Shown in pieces: positions 55,713 to 63,905 of a stretch of DNA of 64,000 bases. The number at the start of each line of letters is the position of its first letter. The first letter of the stretch is position 1. Position numbers and translations under genes: made by a program. Source of the stretch: Patescibacteria group bacterium (lineage in GTDB: Bacteria; Patescibacteriota; Patescibacteriia; Patescibacteriales; UBA12465); the NCBI GenBank assembly GCA_041651355.1, contig JBAZJK010000001.1, positions 421,883-485,882 on the forward strand. Reading direction: 5' to 3'. The notes beneath the pieces are model-generated. The model searched no databases. It was not told where the DNA came from and was given only the letters and a program-made list of their open reading frames with translations.

Positions 55713-56471
55713 TTATTCTTTATTATCCTCAAGAGGCGCCTCCTCAACCTTAACCTCTTCGACTGGCGCTGCTTCTTCAGCTTTGTTTTCTTCAACGGTT
55801 TCAACTACAGGGTTTTCAACGGCCACCTCTTCCGCCTTCGCTTTAACAAAGTTTAATTCGCCCGGAGCCTTGATCATAAGGAAACCATTAACTGCTCCCG
55901 GAACCGCTCCCTGGATATAAATTATGTTATTCTCCTCGTCAATCTTAACGACCGTTAAATTCTTCACTGTCACTCTGACATTCCCCATATGACCAGCCAT
56001 CCTAGTACCTTTAAAGACATGGGCCGGACCTTTCGGACCGATGGAGCCAGGCATGCGCAGCTGGTCTTTATTACCGTGAGTCTTGCGACCACCATGGAAA
56101 CCATGACGTTTGACTACGCCCTGGAAACCTTTACCTTTTGAAGTACCGATAACATCGACTATTTCGCCGTTAGCAAAGCTACTAACTTTAACAAGATCAC
56201 CTAAATCACAAGCCGGGATAGTTTCTACCCTGAATTCCCTTAAGAAACGAGCCTGAGAATTTATTTTTTTCAAATGACCAGCCTGAGGTTTCTTGATATT
56301 CTTAGCCTTCTTTGCGCCCCAAGCTAACTGCAAAGCTTCATAGCCATCCTTATCTTTCGTTTTGATCTGGCTAACTGCACAAGGACCAGCTAAAATCGGG
56401 GTCACGGCGATTACTCGGTCGTTCTCCCAAAGCTGAGTCATATTTAATTTTTTACCTAAAATGAATTTCAT
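55713..56471 (-). CDS. rplC: 50S ribosomal protein L3 (acidic C-terminal tail)
   Basis: GTSKGKGFQGVVKRHGFHGG...GNVRVTVKNL, with the tail EEVAVENPVVETVEENKAEEAAPVEEVKVEE. Confidence 0.95.
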   Translation of the reverse strand: MKFILGKKLNMTQLWENDRVIAVTPILAGPCAVSQIKTKDKDGYEALQLAWGAKKAKNIKKPQAGHLKKINSQARFLREFRVETIPACDLGDLVKVSSFANGEIVDVIGTSKGKGFQGVVKRHGFHGGRKTHGNKDQLRMPGSIGPKGPAHVFKGTRMAGHMGNVRVTVKNLTVVKIDEENNIIYIQGAVPGAVNGFLMIKAPGELNFVKAKAEEVAVENPVVETVEENKAEEAAPVEEVKVEEAPLEDNKE

Positions 56472-56477
56472 AGAAAT

Positions 56478-56564
56478 AATAAAAAACTGGTCCGCGTGAC
56501 CAGCCTTAAAAATTCCAAAAAATTAAAGAAATTTAACTTTGTTGTGAATTTATGTTTGGCTGGT
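56478..56564 (-). promoter_or_regulatory. Candidate transcription attenuator (terminator plus alternative antiterminator pairing) between rpsJ and rplC
   Basis: Minus strand has CTGGTC-acgcg-GACCAG followed by TTTTTTATT, ending about 7 nt before the rplC ATG. An upstream ACCAGCC (56564..56558) can pair with GGCTGGT (56505..56499), which overlaps the 5' terminator arm. Confidence 0.45.
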
Positions 56565-56689
56565 AACCTCCGCTGTGACGCCGCTTCTGCCTTAAACACT
56601 TTCCAAATTTATAGAGTTATTTAAGATGTAACGGCTGTTTTTTGGTAAAATTTATTTTAAATTAGCAAAATACTTGCTTTCCTTATATA

Positions 56690-57028
56690 TTACTGCATTT
56701 TTATCTCTAAGTCAACACCGGCTGGCAAGTTCAGATTTGTCAAATCTTCGATCGTCTTAGCTGAAGGATCGATAATATCGACCAAACGCTTATGAATGCG
56801 CATCTCGTACTGATCACGAGCATCCTTATGAACGAAGGTTGAACGGTTGACCGTGTATTTCTTCTTCTCGGTTGGCAAAGGAATCGGTCCAAAAATAACC
56901 GCATCGCTCCTTTGGGCAGTTTCAATAATGGTCTTGGTAGACTGATCAATGATCTTATGATCAAAAGCTTTGATCTTGATCCTGATTTTCTGTTTAAAAT
57001 CTTTGTCTTCTTTCTTGTTTTCCGACAT
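56690..57028 (-). CDS. rpsJ: 30S ribosomal protein S10
   Basis: [16 protein letters not shown]...[36 protein letters not shown]. Confidence 0.95.
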   Translation of the reverse strand: MSENKKEDKDFKQKIRIKIKAFDHKIIDQSTKTIIETAQRSDAVIFGPIPLPTEKKKYTVNRSTFVHKDARDQYEMRIHKRLVDIIDPSAKTIEDLTNLNLPAGVDLEIKMQ

Positions 57029-57044
57029 AGTTAATTTTCTTTAA

Positions 57045-57080
57045 ATAAACACTACAAACCCGCCCATAGGCATGAGCGGG
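57045..57080 (-). terminator. Hairpin after tuf
   Basis: Minus strand has ACCCGC-N11-GCGGGT followed by the T-rich TTGTAGTGTTTATTT. Confidence 0.4.
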
Positions 57081-57089
57081 TCAAAGTGA

Positions 57090-58277
57090 TTATTTGATAA
57101 TCTTGGTCACCACGCCGGCGCCGACAGTGCGGCCGCCTTCGCGGATAGCGAATCTCATCTTATCTTCCAAAGCGATCGGAGCGATCAGCTTGATAGTTAA
57201 GTTGACGGTATCGCCAGGCATAACCATTTCTGTACCAGCTGGTAATTCAATCTCACCAGTAACATCGGTGGTACGGATATAGAATTGTGGTTTATAGCCT
57301 TTGAAGAATGGTTTATGACGGCCACCTTCGTCTTTACCTAAGACATAGACCTCGGCTTCGAATTCGGTATGCGGAGTGATTGAACCCGGTTTGCATAAAA
57401 CCTGGCCGCGTTCGACTTCGTTCTTCTTGGTACCACGAAGTAATAAACCGGCGTTGTCACCAGCGCGACCTTCGTCTAACTGCTTGTTAAACATTTCCAC
57501 TCCAGTAACGGTGGTCTTTTTGGTATCCATTAAGCCAACGATTTCAACTTCGTCACCAACTTTGATGATACCTCTGTCGATACGGCCAGTGACAACGGTG
57601 CCACGACCTTCGATAGAAAAGATATCTTCTACCGGCATTAAGAAAGGTTTATCAACGTCTCTCTTAGGTTCCGGGATGTAGGTATCTAAAGCTTCCATTA
57701 ATTTTAAGATCGGTTCATTATCCGGACCAGTCGGATTTTCCAAAGCTTTTAAAGCACTGCCACGGATAATCGGAGTGGTGTCACCCGGGAATTCATATTT
57801 CTTCAATAAGTCGCGGATTTCCTCTTCGACCAAGTCGATGAGTTCTTTATCCTCGACCATATCACACTTGTTCAAGAAAACGATGATGTAAGGGACACCG
57901 ACCTGACGAGCAAGCACAATGTGTTCGCGAGTCTGAGGCATAGGGCCGTCAGTAGCCGATACGACTAAAACTGCGCCATCCATCTGAGCGGCGCCGGTAA
58001 TCATGTTCTTAACATAATCGGCGTGGCCCGGACAGTCGACGTGAGCATAATGACGAGCATCAGATTCGTATTCGACGTGGGCGGTAGCAATGGTAATGCC
58101 GCGCTCTCTTTCTTCAGGAGCGGCATCAATTTCATTAACGCCTTTCTTAGAGGCTTTCATGCCTTTGGCGTTAAACACCGCCAACATCGCGGCGGTTAAG
58201 GTAGTTTTCCCATGGTCGACGTGACCGATAGTGCCAACGTTGACATGGGGCTTAGTGCGTTCAAATTTTTCTGCCAT
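57090..58277 (-). CDS. tuf: Elongation factor Tu
   Basis: [26 protein letters not shown]...DCPGH...NKCD. The tracked start at 58298 is a TTG that adds 7 non-conserved residues, so I use the ATG at 58277. Confidence 0.97.
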   Translation of the reverse strand: MAEKFERTKPHVNVGTIGHVDHGKTTLTAAMLAVFNAKGMKASKKGVNEIDAAPEERERGITIATAHVEYESDARHYAHVDCPGHADYVKNMITGAAQMDGAVLVVSATDGPMPQTREHIVLARQVGVPYIIVFLNKCDMVEDKELIDLVEEEIRDLLKKYEFPGDTTPIIRGSALKALENPTGPDNEPILKLMEALDTYIPEPKRDVDKPFLMPVEDIFSIEGRGTVVTGRIDRGIIKVGDEVEIVGLMDTKKTTVTGVEMFNKQLDEGRAGDNAGLLLRGTKKNEVERGQVLCKPGSITPHTEFEAEVYVLGKDEGGRHKPFFKGYKPQFYIRTTDVTGEIELPAGTEMVMPGDTVNLTIKLIAPIALEDKMRFAIREGGRTVGAGVVTKIIK

Positions 58278-58366
58278 GTTATTGCTTACGGCCCCCAAAT
58301 CGGGGTTTTCTCCTCTAGGGAAACCAGCCGTTTTAAATTAAAATTTTATTTTATATTAAATAAAAA

Positions 58367-58690
58367 TTACTCTATTTTCTTAGCTCCGCTCTTAATATCC
58401 GGCGGAATCTTCCAACTTGGCCGCGGACGGCTTTCTTCTTCTAAAAACTCGCTATTTTCCTGGTTTTTCCACATCAGAATCTCGCGATTTATTTTATCAG
58501 TTAAATCTTCATCTGTCAAATTTTTAGATTTTGGCTGATTATCGCTGATTTTATCCCCAGAAATTAGCTTTTCATAAGCTTCGAAATCAACGAGCACGAC
58601 GGTATCATCCGGAGACTGGCTATCAAAGAAAACGATTTTATCACCAGTTTTTTTTACTAACCTTATAGCTTTTTTTAACTGGTCTAACAT
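58367..58690 (-). CDS. Hypothetical acidic protein (107 aa) inserted between fusA and tuf
   Basis: Clean ORF. The N-terminus KTGDKIVFFDSQSPDDTVVLVDFEAYEKL resembles the Phd/YefM antitoxin fold pattern (weak, from recollection). Confidence 0.55.
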   Translation of the reverse strand: MLDQLKKAIRLVKKTGDKIVFFDSQSPDDTVVLVDFEAYEKLISGDKISDNQPKSKNLTDEDLTDKINREILMWKNQENSEFLEEESRPRPSWKIPPDIKSGAKKIE

Positions 58691-58756
58691 ATGTTTATAT
58701 TTTAGCCCTCCTTGATGTTACTACATTTTAGCAGGCCGGAGAACTTAGTTCAAGGC

Positions 58757-60835
58757 TTAGCGACCGCTCTTCTCCTTAATGCTCTCTAAGATATTCCTTG
58801 GCACTTCAGCATAGTGGGAGAATTCCATAGAATAATTAGCTCGGCCTTGGCTCATCGATCTTAAAGAGGTGGAATAGCCGAACATTTCTGCCAAAGGAAC
58901 TTTAGCTTTAATAACTTTGGTTTTGGAACGATCAGTCATCTCATCAATCTGGCCGCGCTTAGCGTTTAAGTCACCGATGATATTACCCATGTATTCCTCT
59001 GGGGTGGTTACCTCGACTTTCATCACCGGCTCTAACAAATAAGCGCCCGCTTTCTGACAAGCATCCTTGAAGGCAAAGATAGCGGCCATCTTGAAAGCGA
59101 TTTCCGAAGAGTCGACCTCATGATAACTACCGTCGAAGACGGCCACCTTGATATCAACCATTGGATAACCAGCCAACACGCCACCCTGGATCGCTTCCTT
59201 AACGCCTTTTTCAATCGCCGGGATAAATTCACGTGGAATGACGCCACCTTTAACTTCATCGACAAACTCATAACCCTTGCCCTGCTCTTGCGGTTCAACT
59301 CGCAAATAACAATGCCCGTATTGGCCGCGACCGCCAGATTGCTTAGCATATTTATGCTCGGCTTGAGCCGTGGTCTTAATAGTTTCACGATATGATACTT
59401 GAGGCTTGCCGACATTAGCTTCGACGCCGAATTCCCTCTTCATGCGGTCGACGATAATTTCTAAGTGTAATTCACCCATACCAGAAATCAAAACTTGGTT
59501 AGTTTCTTCATCGGTTTCAACCCTAAAAGTTGGGTCTTCTTCGGCTAAACGTGATAGGGCTACGCCCATCTTTTCTTGGTCAGCCTTAGTCTTCGGTTCA
59601 ACCGCGATCTTGATAACCGGTTCCGGGAAAGTAATAGATTCAAGTAACAAAGGATTACTCTCATCGCATAAAGTGTTGCCGGTAGTAGTATTTTTCAAAC
59701 CGATAATAGCGGCGATATCGCCCGCATAAATCTCTTTAATTTCTTCCCGATGATTGGCATGCATACGGACCAAACGACCGATACGCTCTTTATTGCCGGT
59801 AGATGAATTAATGATATAGGAGCCAGCTCTTAAAACGCCCTGGTAAACACGAACAAAACATAGTTTGCCGACAAAAGGATCAGTCGCGATCTTGAAAGCT
59901 AAACCAGCAAAAGAAGCGTTATCATCTGATTTGATCGGATATTTCTTTTCCGGGTCGCGTACGTCAGTCGCTTCAATTTCCGGAATGTCTAAAGGTGAAG
60001 GCAAAAACTCGCAAACTGCATCCAAAACCAATTGGACGCCGATATTCTGCAGAGCGGTCCCACATAAAACTGGATAAATCTGGTTGGCGATGACGCCTTT
60101 TCTGATAGCGGCGCGATATTCCTCTTCAGAAATAGCTTCGCCGTTTAAATACTTCTCAGTCAAAACTTCGTCGCATTCAGCTACTTTTTCCACCATGATA
60201 TTGTGGTATTCATTAACTTTAGCGACCATATCTTCTGGAATAGCGATTTCTTCAATCTTCTCACCGAAATTACCCGAGAATTTATAGGCTTTTTTGGTTA
60301 ATAAATCGATTACGCCGCTTAATTCAGATTCAGCCCCGATCGGTAATTGGATAGCAACGGCATTATTATTTAAACGATTCTTGATAGAATCAAGACTCAT
60401 ATAGAAATCAGCCCCCATCTTATCCATCTTATTCACGAAACAGAGGCGAGGCACCTGATATTTATCAGCCTGGCGCCAAACGGTTTCAGACTGCGGCTCT
60501 ACCCCGGCCTGGCCGTCGAAAACCGCTACCGCACCGTCTAAGACGCGCAAAGAGCGTTCTACTTCAACCGTAAAATCAACGTGTCCGGGGGTGTCGATAA
60601 TATTAATCTTGTTGTCGCGCCAAAAACAAGTAGTGGCGGCGGAGGTAATCGTGATTCCCCGTTCTTTTTCCTGTTCCATCCAATCCATTTCCGCTGCGCC
60701 CTCGTGGACTTCGCCAATCTTATGCTTTTTACCGGTGTAGAATAAGACGCGCTCGGTAAAGGTAGTTTTGCCGGCATCGATGTGAGCCATGATACCGATA
60801 TTTCTAATTTTATCTAAGGAATAATCTCGGGGCAT
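58757..60835 (-). CDS. fusA: Elongation factor G
   Basis: [16 protein letters not shown]...DTPGHVDF...NKMD, 692 aa. Confidence 0.97.
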   Translation of the reverse strand: MPRDYSLDKIRNIGIMAHIDAGKTTFTERVLFYTGKKHKIGEVHEGAAEMDWMEQEKERGITITSAATTCFWRDNKINIIDTPGHVDFTVEVERSLRVLDGAVAVFDGQAGVEPQSETVWRQADKYQVPRLCFVNKMDKMGADFYMSLDSIKNRLNNNAVAIQLPIGAESELSGVIDLLTKKAYKFSGNFGEKIEEIAIPEDMVAKVNEYHNIMVEKVAECDEVLTEKYLNGEAISEEEYRAAIRKGVIANQIYPVLCGTALQNIGVQLVLDAVCEFLPSPLDIPEIEATDVRDPEKKYPIKSDDNASFAGLAFKIATDPFVGKLCFVRVYQGVLRAGSYIINSSTGNKERIGRLVRMHANHREEIKEIYAGDIAAIIGLKNTTTGNTLCDESNPLLLESITFPEPVIKIAVEPKTKADQEKMGVALSRLAEEDPTFRVETDEETNQVLISGMGELHLEIIVDRMKREFGVEANVGKPQVSYRETIKTTAQAEHKYAKQSGGRGQYGHCYLRVEPQEQGKGYEFVDEVKGGVIPREFIPAIEKGVKEAIQGGVLAGYPMVDIKVAVFDGSYHEVDSSEIAFKMAAIFAFKDACQKAGAYLLEPVMKVEVTTPEEYMGNIIGDLNAKRGQIDEMTDRSKTKVIKAKVPLAEMFGYSTSLRSMSQGRANYSMEFSHYAEVPRNILESIKEKSGR

Positions 60836-60863
60836 ATTTTATAAAAAATTAAGCTTAAATTAA

Positions 60864-61331
60864 TTAACGAGAAAAATGGGCGAAAGCCTTGTTGGCTTCG
60901 GCCATGCGATGGACGGCTTCGCGCTTCTTAACCGCTGCCCCTTCGCCATTAGAGGCGTCTAAGATCTCAGTCGCTAACTTTTCCGCCATAGAGTGCCCTT
61001 TGCGTTCTAAAGCGGCCTTGATCATCCAATTACAGCCCAAGAAATAGCGTCTTTCACCTCTAACCTGGAAAGGTACCTGGTAGTTGGCCCCGCCGACGCG
61101 CTTGCCGCGTACTTCCACTAAAGGAGAAACTTTCTTCACGGCTTTATTGAAAATATGGCGCGGATCTTGCTTGGTCTTGTCTTTGATAATATTAAAAGCA
61201 CCATAGACGATCATTTCGGCTCTAGTTTTCTTGCCTCTTTCCATCACATAATTGATGAATTTAGCAATGTTCTTGTCGTTGTATTTTAGGTCGCCCTCGA
61301 TTTTTCTCTTAGGCGCTGGTTTTCCTCTCAT
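60864..61331 (-). CDS. rpsG: 30S ribosomal protein S7
   Basis: VEVRGKRVGGANYQVP...AFAHFSR-type C-terminus, with the str operon position. Confidence 0.95.
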   Translation of the reverse strand: MRGKPAPKRKIEGDLKYNDKNIAKFINYVMERGKKTRAEMIVYGAFNIIKDKTKQDPRHIFNKAVKKVSPLVEVRGKRVGGANYQVPFQVRGERRYFLGCNWMIKAALERKGHSMAEKLATEILDASNGEGAAVKKREAVHRMAEANKAFAHFSR

Positions 61332-61392
61332 ATTTTAGGCACCCTTGATTTATAGCTATCTAAACCAGGGTCTTATTTATGGTTAATTATTA

Positions 61393-61815
61393 TTAAGCTT
61401 TTTTAGGTTTCTTGGCCCCATAGCAGCTGCGGCCCTGGCGTCTAGCATCTACACCCTGAGCGTCATATACCCCGCGGACAACTTTGTAGCGGACACCTGG
61501 CAGATCCTTGGTTTTACCGCCTTTGATCAAGACGATCGAGTGCTCCTGTAAATTATGGCCCATACCAGGGATATAAGCGGTTACTTCCATGCCGTTAGAC
61601 AGGCGAACGCGAGCGATCTTGCGTAAAGCGGAGTTCGGCTTCTTCGGAGTGGTGGTAGTAACTTTAAGACATACGCCCTGCTTAAAAGGAGCGCCTTTGG
61701 CCGTTACTTTTTTCTTGCGGTGCAAAGAATCAAAACTAGTATGCAAAACCAGGCTTTTCTTAGCCTTTTTAGCGTTTTTGCGACCATGTTTAATCAGCTG
61801 ATTAATGGTTGGCAT
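61393..61815 (-). CDS. rpsL: 30S ribosomal protein S12
   Basis: [12 protein letters not shown]...[11 protein letters not shown]...[27 protein letters not shown]. Confidence 0.97.
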   Translation of the reverse strand: MPTINQLIKHGRKNAKKAKKSLVLHTSFDSLHRKKKVTAKGAPFKQGVCLKVTTTTPKKPNSALRKIARVRLSNGMEVTAYIPGMGHNLQEHSIVLIKGGKTKDLPGVRYKVVRGVYDAQGVDARRQGRSCYGAKKPKKA

Positions 61816-61914
61816 AAAAATTTAAAATAAAAATTGCGAATTATAGTTAAATTCGTTTTGGTTTAAATATTAAAACAATCCTGAGCTATCAGGATGTATT
61901 TTTATTACTTAATA

Positions 61915-61943
61915 AATTTAACAAAATTAAAATGATAAGTCAA
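61915..61943 (-). promoter_or_regulatory. Candidate str-operon promoter
   Basis: Minus strand reads TTGACT-N17-TAAATT, about 100 nt upstream of rpsL. Confidence 0.35.
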
Positions 61944-62044
61944 GACAATCAAGGATAAATGATTTTAAAAACAAGTTTTACTCAATTAGCCGAACCGATG
62001 GCCTTAAAAGATCGGATTAAACCGATTATTACCAATAAATTATA

Positions 62045-62073
62045 TTGACTAATATGTCAATATATATTATAAT
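62045..62073 (+). promoter_or_regulatory. Near-consensus sigma70 promoter on the + strand, firing antisense into the RT gene toward avd
   Basis: TTGACT-N17-TATAAT. The -35 is part of the palindrome ATTGAC-taatat-GTCAAT (62043..62060). It lies 3 nt outside the RT stop codon. Confidence 0.45.
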
Positions 62074-62075
62074 GT

Positions 62076-63062
62076 TTAGTCAAGCAAATTCAAACTCTGT
62101 CTCAACTTATAAGAATCGCCATGCTTCAGCATTCCTTTATAAGAAGCTAGGGTGACCGGATGGGGACTAGCCGATATTTTCTTAATCATCCTCTTTTTTG
62201 TGACTGTCCTGATGACCCGATGGTCGCCAAACTCGACCCAACCCAAGAAATCGGAACCGCTGGTCAAAGTTTTTAGGGAAACTTTCTTGGGATGCAGGGA
62301 TAATTTTAATTCACTCTCTAAAAAACGAACAAGCTTCGACAATAGCCCGACTAGGTCTTCCCGATCCGAACTTAAAATCAAAAAATCATCGGCATAGCGG
62401 ATATAATATTTAATCCTCAAAGTCCTTTTCACGAATTGATCGAACTCGTTCAGATAAACATTGACCAGGAGCTGCGAAGTTAGATTCCCCAGAGGCAGGC
62501 CGACGCCCGGCCGGCCTGAGGTAGCAAAACTATCTATTACCCGGCCGAAAAGCCAAAGCAGGTCCTGATCCTCAATATATTTTGCCAGCAGACCCTTCAA
62601 CACTTCATGATCGATACTGGCAAAAAATTTCCGGATATCACCTTTCAGGATCCAGGCCGTGTGCCGGCCATTACGGGAAGCCCGGTGGGCATCCGCTCGG
62701 AATCTATAGATAGCGCGATGAGTCCCTTTTTCCAAACGACAAGAAAAAGAGTCGGCAATGAAACGACGATCAAAATAGGTATAAGTTTCCCGGTAAAGCA
62801 GATGGTGCAAAAGCCGATCGCGGACGGTCGCCTTATGAATATTTCGCGGCTTAGGATCAGAAATATTGAAAGCTTGATAGGGGTCATGGTAATAGGTCTT
62901 GATCGCCAGCTCTTCTCTCAACTTCTGGATATTATCCATCAAGCGACCCTGGAATAAGGCAACATCCCGGCGCCGAGATTTGCCGGCTAAAAATTCTTTC
63001 CAGGCTAGCAGCAGGTTTTCTAGGCTGATTATTTCTTGATAGCTTTTACTAAATTTTTTCAT
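62076..63062 (-). CDS. DGR-type reverse transcriptase
   Basis: 328 aa. LLAWKEFLAGKSRRRDV; DPKPRNIHKATVRDRLLHH; SFSCRLEKGTHRA; LPLGNLTSQLLVNVYL (the [I/L]GxxxSQ DGR hallmark); YIRYADDFLILS (YxDD). No maturase or endonuclease extension. Confidence 0.9.
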   Translation of the reverse strand: MKKFSKSYQEIISLENLLLAWKEFLAGKSRRRDVALFQGRLMDNIQKLREELAIKTYYHDPYQAFNISDPKPRNIHKATVRDRLLHHLLYRETYTYFDRRFIADSFSCRLEKGTHRAIYRFRADAHRASRNGRHTAWILKGDIRKFFASIDHEVLKGLLAKYIEDQDLLWLFGRVIDSFATSGRPGVGLPLGNLTSQLLVNVYLNEFDQFVKRTLRIKYYIRYADDFLILSSDREDLVGLLSKLVRFLESELKLSLHPKKVSLKTLTSGSDFLGWVEFGDHRVIRTVTKKRMIKKISASPHPVTLASYKGMLKHGDSYKLRQSLNLLD

Positions 63063-63078
63063 TTAAACTTATAAAACT

Positions 63079-63447
63079 ATGGCCGTAGCTCTGTTTTCGC
63101 CTCTGGTCCTAGTCCGAAGTAAAGAGGCTTATGCCTTATGGTTTAAGGCCTTGGCTGATTTTCCCAAGGTGTATCGTTATAATCTGGGCGGAAAGATTGA
63201 AGGGTGTTTTTTAGAACTTTTGGAAAAGATTTTCACCACTACCTATTTGGCCCGTGATAGGAAAAGCGACCAACTCTCGCTGGCTATCGTTAAGCTCGAC
63301 CATTTAAAGTTCTTCCTGCAACTAGCCTGGGAAAGCAAATGCCTATCAAATAAAAGCTATGCTGATCTATCGACCCGACTGGACGAAATCGGGCGCATGC
63401 TCGGCGGCTGGAAAAAGGGCTTAGAAATGAAAACTCCCCCAAGATAG
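63079..63447 (+). CDS. avd: Avd-like accessory protein (four-helix bundle, 23S rRNA IVS protein family), opposite strand to RT
   Basis: 122 aa. FPKVYRYNLGGKIEGCFLELLEKI...LKFFLQLAWESKCLSNKSYADLSTRLDEIGRMLGGWKKG matches the Avd/S23-IVS helix pattern and the C-terminal GGW motif. Confidence 0.8.
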   Translation: MAVALFSPLVLVRSKEAYALWFKALADFPKVYRYNLGGKIEGCFLELLEKIFTTTYLARDRKSDQLSLAIVKLDHLKFFLQLAWESKCLSNKSYADLSTRLDEIGRMLGGWKKGLEMKTPPR

Positions 63448-63461
63448 TTGGAGGAGAAAGT

Positions 63462-63590
63462 CATGAGTTGCGGAACGACCACGCGATGACGATAGTCGGC
63501 ATTCCAGACGTTGTCATTCTCAAGCCGGTTGACGTTGACGTTAAGACCATCAGGGTTCACGTTCACGTTGGCCACAAAATAATGTATAGC
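63462..63590 (-). repeat. DGR template repeat (TR); sense strand is minus; 5' (high-coordinate) boundary not determinable because the VR runs off the window
   Basis: 63462..63541 aligns with 63921..64000 (80 nt, 11 mismatches). 9 mismatches are at + strand T, which is TR adenine on the minus strand. The minus frame is rich in AAC/AAT codons (ANVNVNPDGLNVNVNRLENDNVWNADYRH). Confidence 0.85.
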
Positions 63591-63680
63591 GCGCCTTCCC
63601 CGACACCACCGCCCTGACAAAATAAAGAAACGGTTGAATATTACTTGGGACTTAGAAGTCCGCCAGCGCTCCATACCAAC

Positions 63681-63800
63681 TTATGATTTTTGATCCAAAA
63701 TATCCTTCCTCTCCGGCCCGCATTGACCGGCCGAACTCTCAAAAATATTCTGGAACAGCCTCGGCCCATCAGCCTTGACCAATGAGCGATCCGAAACCAT
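63681..63800 (-). CDS. Possible 39-aa ORF at the 5' end of the predicted TR transcript (may be non-coding leader)
   Basis: My translation is MVSDRSLVKADGPRLFQNIFESSAGQCGPERKDILDQKS. The ATG lies 7 nt after the -10 hexamer, so it would be leaderless. No further support. Confidence 0.2.
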   Translation of the reverse strand: MVSDRSLVKADGPRLFQNIFESSAGQCGPERKDILDQKS

Positions 63801-63806
63801 CATTTT

Positions 63807-63835
63807 ATTATATATAAAAATCCCCCGGATGCCAA
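63807..63835 (-). promoter_or_regulatory. Sigma70-type promoter between VR and TR, oriented toward TR and RT
   Basis: Minus strand reads TTGGCA-N17-TATAAT (verified base by base). Confidence 0.5.
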
Positions 63836-63883
63836 GCATTTGGTTTTACTCCAAAGTGCTAAGAATCCGAGGGACAAAGGGTC

Positions 63884-63898
63884 AGCCGCCAAGCGGCT
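63884..63898 (-). promoter_or_regulatory. GC-rich hairpin just downstream of the target gene stop/VR (candidate DGR target-recognition hairpin or terminator)
   Basis: AGCCGC-caa-GCGGCT lies 8 nt from the stop codon and 22 nt from the end of VR homology. No equivalent is present after TR. Confidence 0.5.
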
Positions 63899-63905
63899 CA
63901 AGGTT

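Noticed and set aside
58278-58298. Seven-residue N-terminal extension of EF-Tu (MGAVSNN) in the ORF track
   Set aside because: It starts at a TTG. The canonical EF-Tu N-terminus [11 protein letters not shown] begins at the ATG at 58277.
61332-61392. S7 autoregulatory structure in the rpsL-rpsG spacer
   Set aside because: Only a 5-bp pairing (ACCCT/AGGGT) could be found by eye, which is too weak to call.
62055-62060. Minus-strand TTGACA inside the palindrome next to the RT stop, as a promoter
   Set aside because: No acceptable -10 hexamer lies at 16-19 nt. The best TATAAT has a 10-nt spacer.
62076-63062. RT as a group II intron maturase, a retron RT or a defence RT
   Set aside because: It is only 328 aa, with no X/maturase or endonuclease domains. 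I saw no flanking intron-like RNA domains or msr/msd-type inverted repeats. It has the LGxxxSQ motif rather than the intron-type motif, and an adjacent TR/VR pair with adenine-specific differences.
63036-63075. A dedicated avd promoter inside the RT 5' coding region
   Set aside because: The candidates (TTGATA at 63036; TTTACT-N18-TTATAA at 63045..63074) are weak or mis-spaced, and the predicted transcription start would fall at or past the avd ATG. Left unresolved.
63357-63674. Tracked 105-aa minus-strand ORF
   Set aside because: It is the TR read in the VR frame (ANVNVNPDGLNVNVNRLENDNVWNADYRH) and runs antisense into the avd coding sequence. TRs typically stay open in that frame, so it is not an independent gene.
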